A stretch of 64,000 nt of DNA from Bacillota bacterium (lineage in GTDB: Bacteria > Bacillota > DULZ01). This document shows, one piece after another, positions 22,501 through 34,057 of the stretch; positions within the stretch are counted from its first letter, which is position 1, and each line of letters starts with the position of its first letter. The stretch is taken from contig JBMNIZ010000013.1 of assembly GCA_050951405.1 (NCBI GenBank), positions 101,697 through 165,696 on the forward strand, written 5' to 3'. Below the pieces are notes generated by a model. It saw only the letters and a list, made by a program, of their open reading frames with translations. It was not told where the DNA came from and made no database searches. Position numbers and translations under genes: made by a program.

Positions 22501-25500
22501 GAAATCATCAGTTGTGTTTCAATTCCTCATAGGTAGGCTAAAAACCAGGAGCAGGTCAACGAACAGTTCCGCAAAGGCGAAAGTTTCAATTCCTCATAGG
22601 TAGGCTAAAAACGCTGTGGCGCATAACTCCAGTCCTTACATCACAATCTAGTTTCAATTCCTCATAGGTAGGCTAAAAACCCTAGCGCCTCCTTGATCCT
22701 GTTGAGAGTGAATCAATGTTTCAATTCCTCATAGGTAGGCTAAAAACCGGGGGTGCCTGCTGCTCCAAATATGAAAGTGAGGGTTTCAATTCCTCATAGG
22801 TAGGCTAAAAACGCAAAAGATATTGAGGAAGCTATCAATTTATATGAGTTTCAATTCCTCATAGGTAGGCTAAAAACCTATAGCATCATCTATTGCATCA
22901 TTTGCATCAATGTTTCAATTCCTCATAGGTAGGCTAAAAACTTAGCCCTGGTTTCAGGAGGCAATGAAGCAAGCAGGTTTCAATTCCTCATAGGTAGGCT
23001 AAAAACAGGCAGGTGCCTGTCGGCTCGTCGTCAACTACAAAGTTTCAATTCCTCATAGGTAGGCTAAAAACCGCCGTGGTAATCCCTAATCGGGCTTTTA
23101 CTAACTCGTTTTCAATTCCTCATAGGTAGGCTAAAAAACAGGGCGTGGGGGATATCAAAGGCTGGTTCCACTGGAGTTTCAATTCCTCATAGGTAGGCTA
23201 AAAACCTGTAGCCTTTTAAGCCGCCTAGTTCCAGGAGCGGGAGTTTCAATTCCTCATAGGTAGGCTAAAAACCTCGTGGGTTTGGCGCATTATCGGCCAA
23301 ATGTAAATGTTTCAATTCCTCATAGGTAGGCTAAAAACAGGCAGGTGCCTGTCGGCTCGTCGTCAACTACAAAGTTTCAATTCCTCATAGGTAGGCTAAA
23401 AACACCTTTCACCCTGGTCATGGACAAATGTCTTTTCAAGTTTCAATTCCTCATAGGTAGGCTAAAAACGTCAATTTCAGAATTTCTATGTTGTGTTCTA
23501 CATCAAGTTTCAATTCCTCATAGGTAGGCTAAAAACCTGCCAACGCTTCCGGTCAGAGCAAAGCCTTTGTTAAGTTTCAATTCCTCATAGGTAGGCTAAA
23601 AACGTCGATGAACCATTTGACAACCGTTTGATGGTCTGGTTTCAATTCCTCATAGGTAGGCTAAAAACTGGCTAGCTTTGTAAATGTATCACCACTCCGC
23701 TTAGTTTCAATTCCTCATAGGTAGGCTAAAAACGCTAAAGTAGCCCACCATCAATCAGCAAAACCTCCGGTTTCAATTCCTCATAGGTAGGCTAAAAACG
23801 GCTACCAGTTTCCAATACAAGTCCTGGTCAACATGTTTCAATTCCTCATAGGTAGGCTAAAAACGATGGTAATAAGTGGAATGAGCTGACTGTCAAGGGC
23901 GAGTTTCAATTCCTCATAGGTAGGCTAAAAACTACAAAGGGCTTGTAAACCCATTTAAGCCTAATTCAAGTTTCAATTCCTCATAGGTAGGCTAAAAACG
24001 CGGGCCATTTTCCCTCCTTTTTCTTTTGTCTGTCTCGTTTCAATTCCTCATAGGTAGGCTAAAAACAGGGGGAGGGATTGACAAGGGAACTGGTGGGAGC
24101 TAGTTTCAATTCCTCATAGGTAGGCTAAAAACTGCAGTTTGCAATTAAAATAAAATTTTAGGAGGTAGTTTCAATTCCTCATAGGTAGGCTAAAAACGCA
24201 GAATTGCATACAGAATGAAAAAGGAATGCCGCGTTTCAATTCCTCATAGGTAGGCTAAAAACCCGGATGTTTCTTTTTAGCTCGGGAACTGTCGGGAGTT
24301 TCAATTCCTCATAGGTAGGCTAAAAACCATATCGTTTCTCCAGGTTCACATTCATAATCGTGGTTTCAATTCCTCATAGGTAGGCTAAAAACCTAACCGG
24401 CCTTTGGGCAAGTAAAGAGCCTCTATTGGGGTTTCAATTCCTCATAGGTAGGCTAAAAACATCCGGCGGCCAAGGTATCCGGTTAAAAAGCTCCCTTGTT
24501 TCAATTCCTCATAGGTAGGCTAAAAACAGCCGCCGCCAGGTCTAATAGCCCTGGAAGTGAATCCAGTTTCAATTCCTCATAGGTAGGCTAAAAACTTGGT
24601 ATTCTGCCGGTGTTGGGAGCGGCATTAACGTTTCAATTCCTCATAGGTAGGCTAAAAACGTATGACACAGCAGACAGGGAGATCCGGCTTGAGGTGTTTC
24701 AATTCCTCATAGGTAGGCTAAAAACGAAATCGCTGCCGTCATTATCGATGATGAGGTAACTTGTTTCAATTCCTCATAGGTAGGCTAAAAACTTAATGGG
24801 GTGGGAAAATATCCTCACCTATAAAAGTTTCAATTCCTCATAGGTAGGCTAAAAACTAACGTGCAACATCAAAGAGGAGGTGAAGCATATGGGTTTCAAT
24901 TCCTCATAGGTAGGCTAAAAACGTCGTGCCGGACTACTCCCTTGGTCGACACAGAGGGCGTTTCAATTCCTCATAGGTAGGCTAAAAACGAATTTATGAG
25001 TGTGGAAGAAGCCTTGGGGGTGGAGGTTTCAATTCCTCATAGGTAGGCTAAAAACGAAGTTTCGCTAGAAACAGGGAGACTTTTATTAGCGTTTCAATTC
25101 CTCATAGGTAGGCTAAAAACGTTTGTTCGCTATGTTCGATTTGTCCATGGTATTATGAGTTTCAATTCCTCATAGGTAGGCTAAAAACATTACGGCGGCG
25201 GGGCCTTGACCCCTGAGACATTTAAGTTTCAATTCCTCATAGGTAGGCTAAAAACGCGGGCCATTTTCCCTCCTTTTTCTTTTGTCTGTCTCGTTTCAAT
25301 TCCTCATAGGTAGGCTAAAAACGTGTCGTGCTGGGCTGGCTGGGCCATGCACGGACCGTGTTTCAATTCCTCATAGGTAGGCTAAAAACCTGGTATCGCC
25401 AGGTAGCAAAATCCACTACGAACAGTTTCAATTCCTCATAGGTAGGCTAAAAACGAAATAAAGGAGGTAAGTGCATAATGAATATATTCAGTTTCAATTC

Positions 25501-26321
25501 CTCATAGGTAGGCTAAAAACGCGGTACTCCTTACCGACGCGGTGCCGGTGGAAGCCGTGTTTCAATTCCTCATAGGTAGGCTAAAAACAAAAATGAAGTT
25601 CTCTAAAGCTATTGTAGCGCTGGGTTTCAATTCCTCATAGGTAGGCTAAAAACACGTATCTTGCTGTGGCGGGTGGCATTCCCATGTTCTAGTTTCAATT
25701 CCTCATAGGTAGGCTAAAAACGTGTCGTGCTGGGCTGGCTGGGCCATGCACGGACCGTGTTTCAATTCCTCATAGGTAGGCTAAAAACCTGAGCTATGAG
25801 GATGTCTACGGTCAGTCCCAAACGTTTCAATTCCTCATAGGTAGGCTAAAAACCCGTTGGATGAGGTGGCCTACCATGCCGGGAACAAAGTTTCAATTCC
25901 TCATAGGTAGGCTAAAAACCAAACAGATGGAAGAACTTGTCGGACATACAGTCTTGTTTCAATTCCTCATAGGTAGGCTAAAAACGCTTACTGGGAGAAA
26001 TACGACCAGGAGCAAGAGCGGAGTTTCAATTCCTCATAGGTAGGCTAAAAACCAAAAGAGATTGTGAGAATATGGAGATTGGAGGGAGTTTCAATTCCTC
26101 ATAGGTAGGCTAAAAACGACATAGCTTGTTGGTATATGCCTTGCCGGACTCTTGTTTCAATTCCTCATAGGTAGGCTAAAAACACCCTAACGACACCGAT
26201 GCAGTAAACCTTTATGAGCGAGGTTTCAATTCCTCATAGGTAGGCTAAAAACGGTTGATGAGGAGCTTCAAATTGACTTTTGTCTCAAGGTGTTTCAATT
26301 CCTCATAGGTAGGCTAAAAAC
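10545..26321 (-). CRISPR. CRISPR array segment 2 (about 238 repeats, estimated)
   Basis: Continuous units of about 66 bp; crRNA-sense repeat GTTTTTAGCCTACCTATGAGGAATTGAAAC ends in the ATTGAAAC handle typical of I-B. Confidence 0.99.
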
Positions 26322-26466
26322 TGACTTCTACTGTTAATGGCCATGATAAAATCGACATAAATGGTCACGAAAAACCCGCAAAACCGGTCATTTAGAAAAG
26401 GAAAAAAGCTCGTTCCCTACAACATTTTCATTGGAACCAAAACATTAAAGAAGGGAACGAGCAAAA

Positions 26467-27948
26467 ATGACAGGAGTGTGGGAAATCGTGAACATTCAAG
26501 AATGTCGGAAAGCCGGCCTAAGTAAGACCGCCACAGCACAGCGTTTAAACCTGGACCGTGGCACCGTAGCAAAATATTGGGATGTTGAAGAGCCTTTGAA
26601 AGCACCACCGGTCTACCAGCGAAGTTCCAAAATCGATCTTTACAAAGAGTATATTACAAATCGACTGGAAAAATGGCCTGAACTGTTTGCAGAAACAATT
26701 TATGAAGAAATTAAAAAAATGGGATATAAAGGCTCCGCAAGAACCGTCCGGCGCTACGTCTCTAAGGTACGACCAAAACTTTCCCGGGAATACAAACCCT
26801 ATGAAACCCTGCCAGGTGAACAAGCCCAGGTTGACTGGGGCCACTTAGGCACCATTGTCGAAAACGGCCGGCGGGTTAAGCTTTATGTCTTTGTTTTCTG
26901 CCTAAGTTGGTCAAGAGAAAGATATGCGGAGTTCATCACTTCCCTCAATATGGCCGTCTTTAACGCCTGCCTACATCGAGCTTTCGAGTATGTGGGAGGG
27001 ATTCCCGAAACAATCCTCTTTGACAACGCCAAAACTGTGGTAGCGGAACGAGTAGGTACGATAGTGAGGTTTAATTCTACCCTTCTGGAACTGGCTTTAA
27101 GATATGGCTTCACACCCAAAGCATGTTGGATCAATGATCCGGAAAGCAAGGGCAAAGTAGAATCCAATGTCAAGTACTTGAAAAAGAGCTTCTACTACGG
27201 GCGGGAATTTAAGAACTTGGAAGACCTAAACCAGCAGTTGCAGGTGTGGCTTAAGGAAGTGGCCAATGCTAAAGTCCATGGCACCACCGGTAAAATACCT
27301 CAAGAACGCCTAATAGAAGAACGAAACTATCTAAAACCGTTGCCGGCAATCGAAGCACCCTTACCCGTCTATGAAACCCGGAAAGCCAGCAAAACAGCCC
27401 TTATCTCCGTAGACAACAACAAATATTCAGTCCCCGCTAAACTGGCCCGTAAAACAGTACATTTCAGGCGATACGAGGACAGGATTGAAATTCTAGATGA
27501 TGAGCACGTAGTAGCTGTACATACCTTGGTAAAAGGTAAAAACCAAGTAATCATTAACGATGACCACTACCCTGAGCATCAAAAAATGAAACAAAGGCCT
27601 AAACATCCACTGCAAGCTGAGTTTGAAGCCTTGGCCCCGGTGGCCGAAGAATACCTGCAGCACCTTAGCCAACGCCGGGAAGGGCACCTTAGAGAACAGA
27701 TGCAGAAGATCATCTCCCTAAAAGAAGATTACAGTGCTTCTGAAATCAATGCAGCCATGGAACGAGCTCTTAAGTTTGGAGCTATTGGTTACGCAAAGTT
27801 AAAATCAATACTGCAAAAACAATCCCAGAACCCCAATATTCTGCCTACAGTAGGTTCCAACAGAGCCAATTACAAGCTGGATAACCTTCCTTACCAAGTA
27901 GAAGTAGAACGCCGGGATACCAGCTATTACGAGGAGGTTATCCAGTGA
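26467..27948 (+). CDS. istA: IstA transposase
   Basis: PGEQAQVDWG, LFDNAKT, KGKVES motifs; 493 aa. Confidence 0.93.
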   Translation: MTGVWEIVNIQECRKAGLSKTATAQRLNLDRGTVAKYWDVEEPLKAPPVYQRSSKIDLYKEYITNRLEKWPELFAETIYEEIKKMGYKGSARTVRRYVSKVRPKLSREYKPYETLPGEQAQVDWGHLGTIVENGRRVKLYVFVFCLSWSRERYAEFITSLNMAVFNACLHRAFEYVGGIPETILFDNAKTVVAERVGTIVRFNSTLLELALRYGFTPKACWINDPESKGKVESNVKYLKKSFYYGREFKNLEDLNQQLQVWLKEVANAKVHGTTGKIPQERLIEERNYLKPLPAIEAPLPVYETRKASKTALISVDNNKYSVPAKLARKTVHFRRYEDRIEILDDEHVVAVHTLVKGKNQVIINDDHYPEHQKMKQRPKHPLQAEFEALAPVAEEYLQHLSQRREGHLREQMQKIISLKEDYSASEINAAMERALKFGAIGYAKLKSILQKQSQNPNILPTVGSNRANYKLDNLPYQVEVERRDTSYYEEVIQ

Positions 27949-28733
27949 TTAGACAAATACCAACCGCCGATCGGAAAACCCTGGAACAGAATTTAAAAAG
28001 GTTAAGACTTCCCCATATTAGAAACATCCTTGACGATGTTAATGAATTGGCGCTGGAAGAAGAACCATCCTACCTGGATTTCTTAGCCTATGTTATTAAC
28101 AAGGAGGTGGAACATAGAGACAAGACCCAACAAGAAAAAAGAATGAAAAGAGCCTGCTTTCCCCAGATAAAGACTTTGGAAGAATTTGATTTTAGTTTCC
28201 AAAACAGCATCACCCAACAAAGCATCTATGATCTGGCAACCCTTCAATTTATCGAAGCCAAGGAGAACATCATCTTTCTGGGTCCACCGGGAGTAGGCAA
28301 GAGCCACCTGGCCATTGCCCTGGGAGTTAAGGCAGTGCTAAAAGGTTACCAAGTCCGTTTTTACACACTCACGGACCTCATTGCCGAGCTTTATGCAGCT
28401 TTAGCCGATAACAGCCTGAACAGAAAGATTAACAATATCTTAAAAAATGACCTTATCATTCTGGACGAACTGGGCTATGTGTCCATGGATGAAACCGCAT
28501 CAGACCATATTTTCCAGCTGGTCACCAAAGCTTACGAAAACCGTTCTTTGATCATTACCAGCAACCTGGATTTTGGAGAATGGGGCACTCTTTTTGTGAA
28601 CATGAGTACTGCTGCAGCTATCTTAGATCGCTTACTACACCATGCCCATGTGTTTAACCTTAGGGGGAACAGTTATCGGGTAAGAAACCGATTAATACAA
28701 CCAACAAATAAGATAGCGGCAACTACAGGCTAA
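27945..28733 (+). CDS. istB: IstB AAA+ ATPase
   Basis: GPPGVGKS Walker A, LIILDELGY Walker B, DRLLHH. Confidence 0.95.
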   Translation: MIRQIPTADRKTLEQNLKRLRLPHIRNILDDVNELALEEEPSYLDFLAYVINKEVEHRDKTQQEKRMKRACFPQIKTLEEFDFSFQNSITQQSIYDLATLQFIEAKENIIFLGPPGVGKSHLAIALGVKAVLKGYQVRFYTLTDLIAELYAALADNSLNRKINNILKNDLIILDELGYVSMDETASDHIFQLVTKAYENRSLIITSNLDFGEWGTLFVNMSTAAAILDRLLHHAHVFNLRGNSYRVRNRLIQPTNKIAATTG

Positions 28734-28755
28734 ATAAACCGGATTAAGCGAGTGC

Positions 28756-28805
28756 GAATTGCCTAGGAGGCGTTCCGCTACGCTCCACTGCCTCCTAGGC
28801 AATTC
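28756..28805. terminator. Strong hairpin after istB
   Basis: gaattgcctaggaggc...gcctcctaggcaattc, 16-bp perfect stem. Confidence 0.6.
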
Positions 28806-28948
28806 CTCTACCGTTATCGCAAGGATTAAATTCTGTATGACTGCTGGTTTTTCATGGCCAAAATTGCTGGTTTTTTAGTGACCAAAAATGCGGTTTTTCA
28901 AATGGCCATTGACATCTACCGGCTCTATAATGAATTGCGGGAGAAATA

Positions 28949-31900
28949 GTTTCAATTCCTCATAGGTAGGCTAAAAACGCCAGGGTTGGCTTTGAACAAG
29001 AAATCGTTGAGAAAGGTTTCAATTCCTCATAGGTAGGCTAAAAACGCAAATGGGATACAGCGTGATTATCAATGATGGCCGGGGTTTCAATTCCTCATAG
29101 GTAGGCTAAAAACAACAGTATGGCTAGAGCCGGACCGGTGCCAATGTGAGTTTCAATTCCTCATAGGTAGGCTAAAAACAGGAAGCTAGCATCCAAAAGG
29201 AGGTGAATACAGCGGTTTCAATTCCTCATAGGTAGGCTAAAAACAAAATCCAACTGCGGCTTTGATGTGGCCTTGGTTTAGTTTCAATTCCTCATAGGTA
29301 GGCTAAAAACGTTAGTGGGCATAAAGAGCTCACTTATATCTTTTCTGTTTCAATTCCTCATAGGTAGGCTAAAAACGCAAACTACCTTAAACCTGCTCAA
29401 ACCGTAAGGGTATTGTTTCAATTCCTCATAGGTAGGCTAAAAACAAGGAATGGGCAAGGCAAAGACTTTTGGTTGGTGAGTTTCAATTCCTCATAGGTAG
29501 GCTAAAAACTACCATGACGCTATAGTCATGTCAACACTTTTTAAGTTTCAATTCCTCATAGGTAGGCTAAAAACCTTTTCCAAGTGTGCCCTTTTGGCAG
29601 TTGAACTTGACGGGTTTCAATTCCTCATAGGTAGGCTAAAAACGCTGTCCTCCAAAAACAAGGAGGTAAACAAAATGGCGTTTCAATTCCTCATAGGTAG
29701 GCTAAAAACGCTGTTTGCAGGCTGTGGAAATACCCCGTTTCCTAGTTTCAATTCCTCATAGGTAGGCTAAAAACCCCAATTAGCCTTACAACTTGCACAT
29801 TGTTCCTTGTTTCAATTCCTCATAGGTAGGCTAAAAACCAAGAGTTAAAGAATTAACTCAGGAAAGAGATGCAAGTTTCAATTCCTCATAGGTAGGCTAA
29901 AAACCAATACTACGAAACAGAAGAAGTGGAATACATCATGTTTCAATTCCTCATAGGTAGGCTAAAAACTCTGCCTCTTCAAACCTTTTTCCCCCAGATT
30001 TTGAGGTTTCAATTCCTCATAGGTAGGCTAAAAACAAAGGCTACATCCAGCTGTGCATGAGGACTGGGGCCTAGTTTCAATTCCTCATAGGTAGGCTAAA
30101 AACTTTTCTTTTAGCTTGTATGCAATAAATTTAGCGGCGTTTCAATTCCTCATAGGTAGGCTAAAAACCTGCGGAATGGGGGCACCATCATCTGTCTCAT
30201 TAGAGTTTCAATTCCTCATAGGTAGGCTAAAAACATTCATCCAGCTGAAAAGCATCCGGAGTGGCGGCTAGGTTTCAATTCCTCATAGGTAGGCTAAAAA
30301 CGGCATCTTCTAAGGCTTGTACTCTTCCGCCAGAAAGTTTCAATTCCTCATAGGTAGGCTAAAAACTAAAAAATTCAAGACAAACTTGCCACTCCTGTGG
30401 AGGTTTCAATTCCTCATAGGTAGGCTAAAAACACAATTATCGCAGAAAGGTATGGCATGGTTGATACGTTTCAATTCCTCATAGGTAGGCTAAAAACAGC
30501 TCCGGTTACTGCCATGTAGTGCATGCATTGAACAGTTTCAATTCCTCATAGGTAGGCTAAAAACGAGATTTAACGTGGGAAGAATTCATTAGATGGTATG
30601 TGTTTCAATTCCTCATAGGTAGGCTAAAAACCCCAGTGATAGATTGATTACATCGACATCCTTCTGGAGTTTCAATTCCTCATAGGTAGGCTAAAAACGG
30701 AGCTTGCCAATCTGTCCAGTTCAGGGTTCCTGGCTAGTTTCAATTCCTCATAGGTAGGCTAAAAACATGCAAAGTCAATCTTACAATGCTGATACCGAAC
30801 GTAGTTTCAATTCCTCATAGGTAGGCTAAAAACACAGCAGGACATTTTGATTTTCGCAAAACAGCGAAGGTTTCAATTCCTCATAGGTAGGCTAAAAACT
30901 ATGGCGTTGCCACTAAAAGAATATTTGCAATTAAAAGTTTCAATTCCTCATAGGTAGGCTAAAAACAAAAAAAGGCACCCACCTGCCCAAAAATGCCAAA
31001 AAAAGTTTCAATTCCTCATAGGTAGGCTAAAAACTGCTTGATTCGGACGATCTAAACAGTTGGAAGGCGTGTTTCAATTCCTCATAGGTAGGCTAAAAAC
31101 CTATGAAGAAGACCGCTCATATGCTATACCTTTCCCGAGTTTCAATTCCTCATAGGTAGGCTAAAAACGCCAGGCCGACAACTACCAGGTGGAACTCTAT
31201 ACGACAAGTTTCAATTCCTCATAGGTAGGCTAAAAACCGCCGTTGGTGTTTGAAACGCATATTCGCCATCAAGTTTCAATTCCTCATAGGTAGGCTAAAA
31301 ACGGGCAGGGCCTCAGGCGTTGTTGAATTGATCAAGCTTTAGTTTCAATTCCTCATAGGTAGGCTAAAAACTAGTTGATTTCTTTACGAAGACTATCCCG
31401 GAAGCGAGTTTCAATTCCTCATAGGTAGGCTAAAAACTTCAAGGCGTTCTCCGACTTTGACACGATATCCGCTGAGTTTCAATTCCTCATAGGTAGGCTA
31501 AAAACGGATATACCATTGCGCATATAGGTCTGCTTCATTTCTGCGTTTCAATTCCTCATAGGTAGGCTAAAAACGAACATCACCGGCGATTAGAGAATCA
31601 ACTCTGCCGCAGTTTCAATTCCTCATAGGTAGGCTAAAAACAGTTTCTAGTCCCTTTTCCTGCTCTTCCAGTTCTGCGTTTCAATTCCTCATAGGTAGGC
31701 TAAAAACAAAATATAGCGGCCCGATTACGTCTCCGGGTATCACAGTTTCAATTCCTCATAGGTAGGCTAAAAACAGTTTCTGGCCGCACGTGGGGCAGGT
31801 GTCGCTTTGTTGTTTCAATTCCTCATAGGTAGGCTAAAAACCAGTCATCACGAATTGCTCGTTTAACTTCTTTTTCGTGTTTCAATTCCTCATAGGTAGG

Positions 31901-32577
31901 CTAAAAACCCATGAATCAACACATTCGCTGCATCTACCAAGGACGCGTTTCAATTCCTCATAGGTAGGCTAAAAACTGGCAGCCCGTGGGAGAGAGTAGT
32001 GGCAAAAACAGACAAGTTTCAATTCCTCATAGGTAGGCTAAAAACCATAATATCCGTTATATCCATTCTCCAATGTTTCAAGTTTCAATTCCTCATAGGT
32101 AGGCTAAAAACTCGGCGAAGAGGTTTTGTTTGAAATGATGGACGGCAGTTTCAATTCCTCATAGGTAGGCTAAAAACTTATATTCAGCGATGGCATGAAA
32201 GAGTAGGCAGCGAGTTTCAATTCCTCATAGGTAGGCTAAAAACTATGTGTTTGGCACTCTTTGTTTGTGGCTCTTCCGAAGTTTCAATTCCTCATAGGTA
32301 GGCTAAAAACCTTTATTGCTTTTTCAATTACACATTTTAATTCTTTGTTTCAATTCCTCATAGGTAGGCTAAAAACGAAGGGGTTGACAAGGGGACCGGT
32401 GGGAGATATAATCGTTTCAATTCCTCATAGGTAGGCTAAAAACCCGTGAGCAAGTCGCAGAGTTCATTGGCCTCCCGAGTTTCAATTCCTCATAGGTAGG
32501 CTAAAAACAAATAAAATGATTAAATGGGATGAATTACACTCAGATAGGTTTCAATTCCTCATAGGTAGGCTAAAAAC
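28949..32577 (-). CRISPR. CRISPR array segment 3 (about 55 repeats, leader-proximal)
   Basis: Same perfect repeat; ends at 32577 next to the leader. Confidence 0.99.
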
Positions 32578-32767
32578 CCGTTGCGATGCTCTAAAAATTA
32601 GGCATAGCCCGGGTTTGGGCAATACCCTGTATTTCTTAACAAGTCATTTCCTTAGCAGTTCAAAAGCCCACCTTTTCCGGTAAAAACTTTATGGAGCAAT
32701 ATTTTTTTACCTTATTGTTCTGTCGTCAATGTCCCTGTTTTTTTGCACTATTAGGTATAGACGACAC
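32578..32767 (-). promoter_or_regulatory. CRISPR leader
   Basis: Non-coding stretch between cas2 and the first repeat, with a TGTCGTC...GACGACA inverted motif of the kind seen in clostridial I-B leaders. Confidence 0.8.
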
Positions 32768-33031
32768 TTAGATGATAATATCTTCTCCTCCTTTTTTCAC
32801 ACCAATAAGTTCCCGCTTAGAATATCTAGTTGTGCGAAGCTGATAAATAATAACCGAATCTTCCTCAACATTCATTGTCTGGATAAGTTCAGTTTTTAAT
32901 TTTTTCAAATTTGCTTCGCTGATCTCTCCCTCCAGTACAGAATTTTGCACCCAATTGAGATATTTTCTGGCTATTTTCAGGATCTTACCAACTCTTTTCT
33001 GATTTACATCGTACACTAAAATCACAAACAC
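32768..33031 (-). CDS. cas2: Cas2
   Basis: VILVYDV and WVQNSVLEG motifs, 87 aa. Confidence 0.97.
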   Translation of the reverse strand: MFVILVYDVNQKRVGKILKIARKYLNWVQNSVLEGEISEANLKKLKTELIQTMNVEEDSVIIYQLRTTRYSKRELIGVKKGGEDIII

Positions 33032-33046
33032 CGCAAATCCCTCTTG

Positions 33047-34048
33047 TTACCATTTGGCTATAAATGGTTCATAGAGTTCTTCTCCCATTAAATGCTTTTG
33101 AAGTTTATAGAGCTCAAGGCGAATTAAACGACGATATGATACTTCTCTGCCGATGTTCCGATGCTTGATTGTTGTCTTCAGACGCTTGTCTAATTCATCA
33201 ACAAATTTTTTTTTGCCACTTTCTTTCAAGAGAATACCTTCTGTATGTCTTTCAAATTCGGATTTGGTGATCATTTTTTTCCCGATTAAAGTAAAAATTA
33301 GCCTATCGACTAAAATAGGTTTAAAAACCTCTGCCACGTCCAGGTTTAAAGAAAACCGGCGAAAATTTGTGGCATGCAAGAAACCGATCCTGGGATCCAA
33401 GTGAGTTCTATAAATCTCGCTTAAAATAATTGTATAAATAATGCTGTTGCCAAAACTGATTAGACAATTTAGATAATTCTGCGGAGGCCTGCGAGTGCGC
33501 TGCTCAAATACAAAGTCTTCATTTTCAAGGATGTTGTCAAAAGCATTATAATAATAATTGCGAATATTTCCTTCGATAGCCATCAATTCATCGATTGCTT
33601 TACACTCAGGTAGTCCTTGCTCTAAATCCTCGATATTCTGCAGGGCGGCCCCGACATTCTTCCCTCTACTGTAGTAATAACGCAATACCCTTTTAATATT
33701 AGCCACTGCACCTTCAACAAATGCTTTTGCAATTTTAAATCTTTTTGTGTTGTCTAGATAGTGCTCAGCTTGACGTAAAATCATGTAACCAGAATTCAAA
33801 TGCTCCCGGGGATAGAAGGTGCCCATATAATAGCCGTAATAGTTAAAGTAATGTATCAATATTTCTTTCTGGGAAACAAATTCCAAAAGACTTTTATTAA
33901 TACTTACTTCCCCAAAAATGAATAAATCAGAAATATCCTCTACTGGCAGATATTTATTACCCTCTTTCATCTTAAAACGAAGAGTATTATCCTTTCTCTG
34001 CAAGTCGCCTTCAGAAAAGATATAAACTGCTTTTTTCATAATTGTCAA
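33047..34048 (-). CDS. cas1: Cas1 (type I-B)
   Basis: RKDNTL, IEGNIR, RRPPQN, NCLISFGNS, SLNLDVAEVFKP motifs. Confidence 0.97.
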   Translation of the reverse strand: MTIMKKAVYIFSEGDLQRKDNTLRFKMKEGNKYLPVEDISDLFIFGEVSINKSLLEFVSQKEILIHYFNYYGYYMGTFYPREHLNSGYMILRQAEHYLDNTKRFKIAKAFVEGAVANIKRVLRYYYSRGKNVGAALQNIEDLEQGLPECKAIDELMAIEGNIRNYYYNAFDNILENEDFVFEQRTRRPPQNYLNCLISFGNSIIYTIILSEIYRTHLDPRIGFLHATNFRRFSLNLDVAEVFKPILVDRLIFTLIGKKMITKSEFERHTEGILLKESGKKKFVDELDKRLKTTIKHRNIGREVSYRRLIRLELYKLQKHLMGEELYEPFIAKW

Positions 34049-34057
34049 CCTTCTTTC

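Larger units (their letters stand above)
26332..28914 (+). mobile_element. IS21-family element B, apparently intact, inserted in a spacer
   Basis: Ends TGTTAATGGCCAT / ATGGCCATTGACA; 5-bp duplication TCTAC at 26327..26331 and 28915..28919. Confidence 0.95.

Noticed and set aside
12679-29761. Plus-strand ORFs containing FQFLIGRLKT repeats
   Set aside because: Translations of the CRISPR repeat, not genes
7764-32577. Self-targeting spacers against IS or cas genes in the window
   Set aside because: None spotted by eye; a systematic alignment is needed to exclude them
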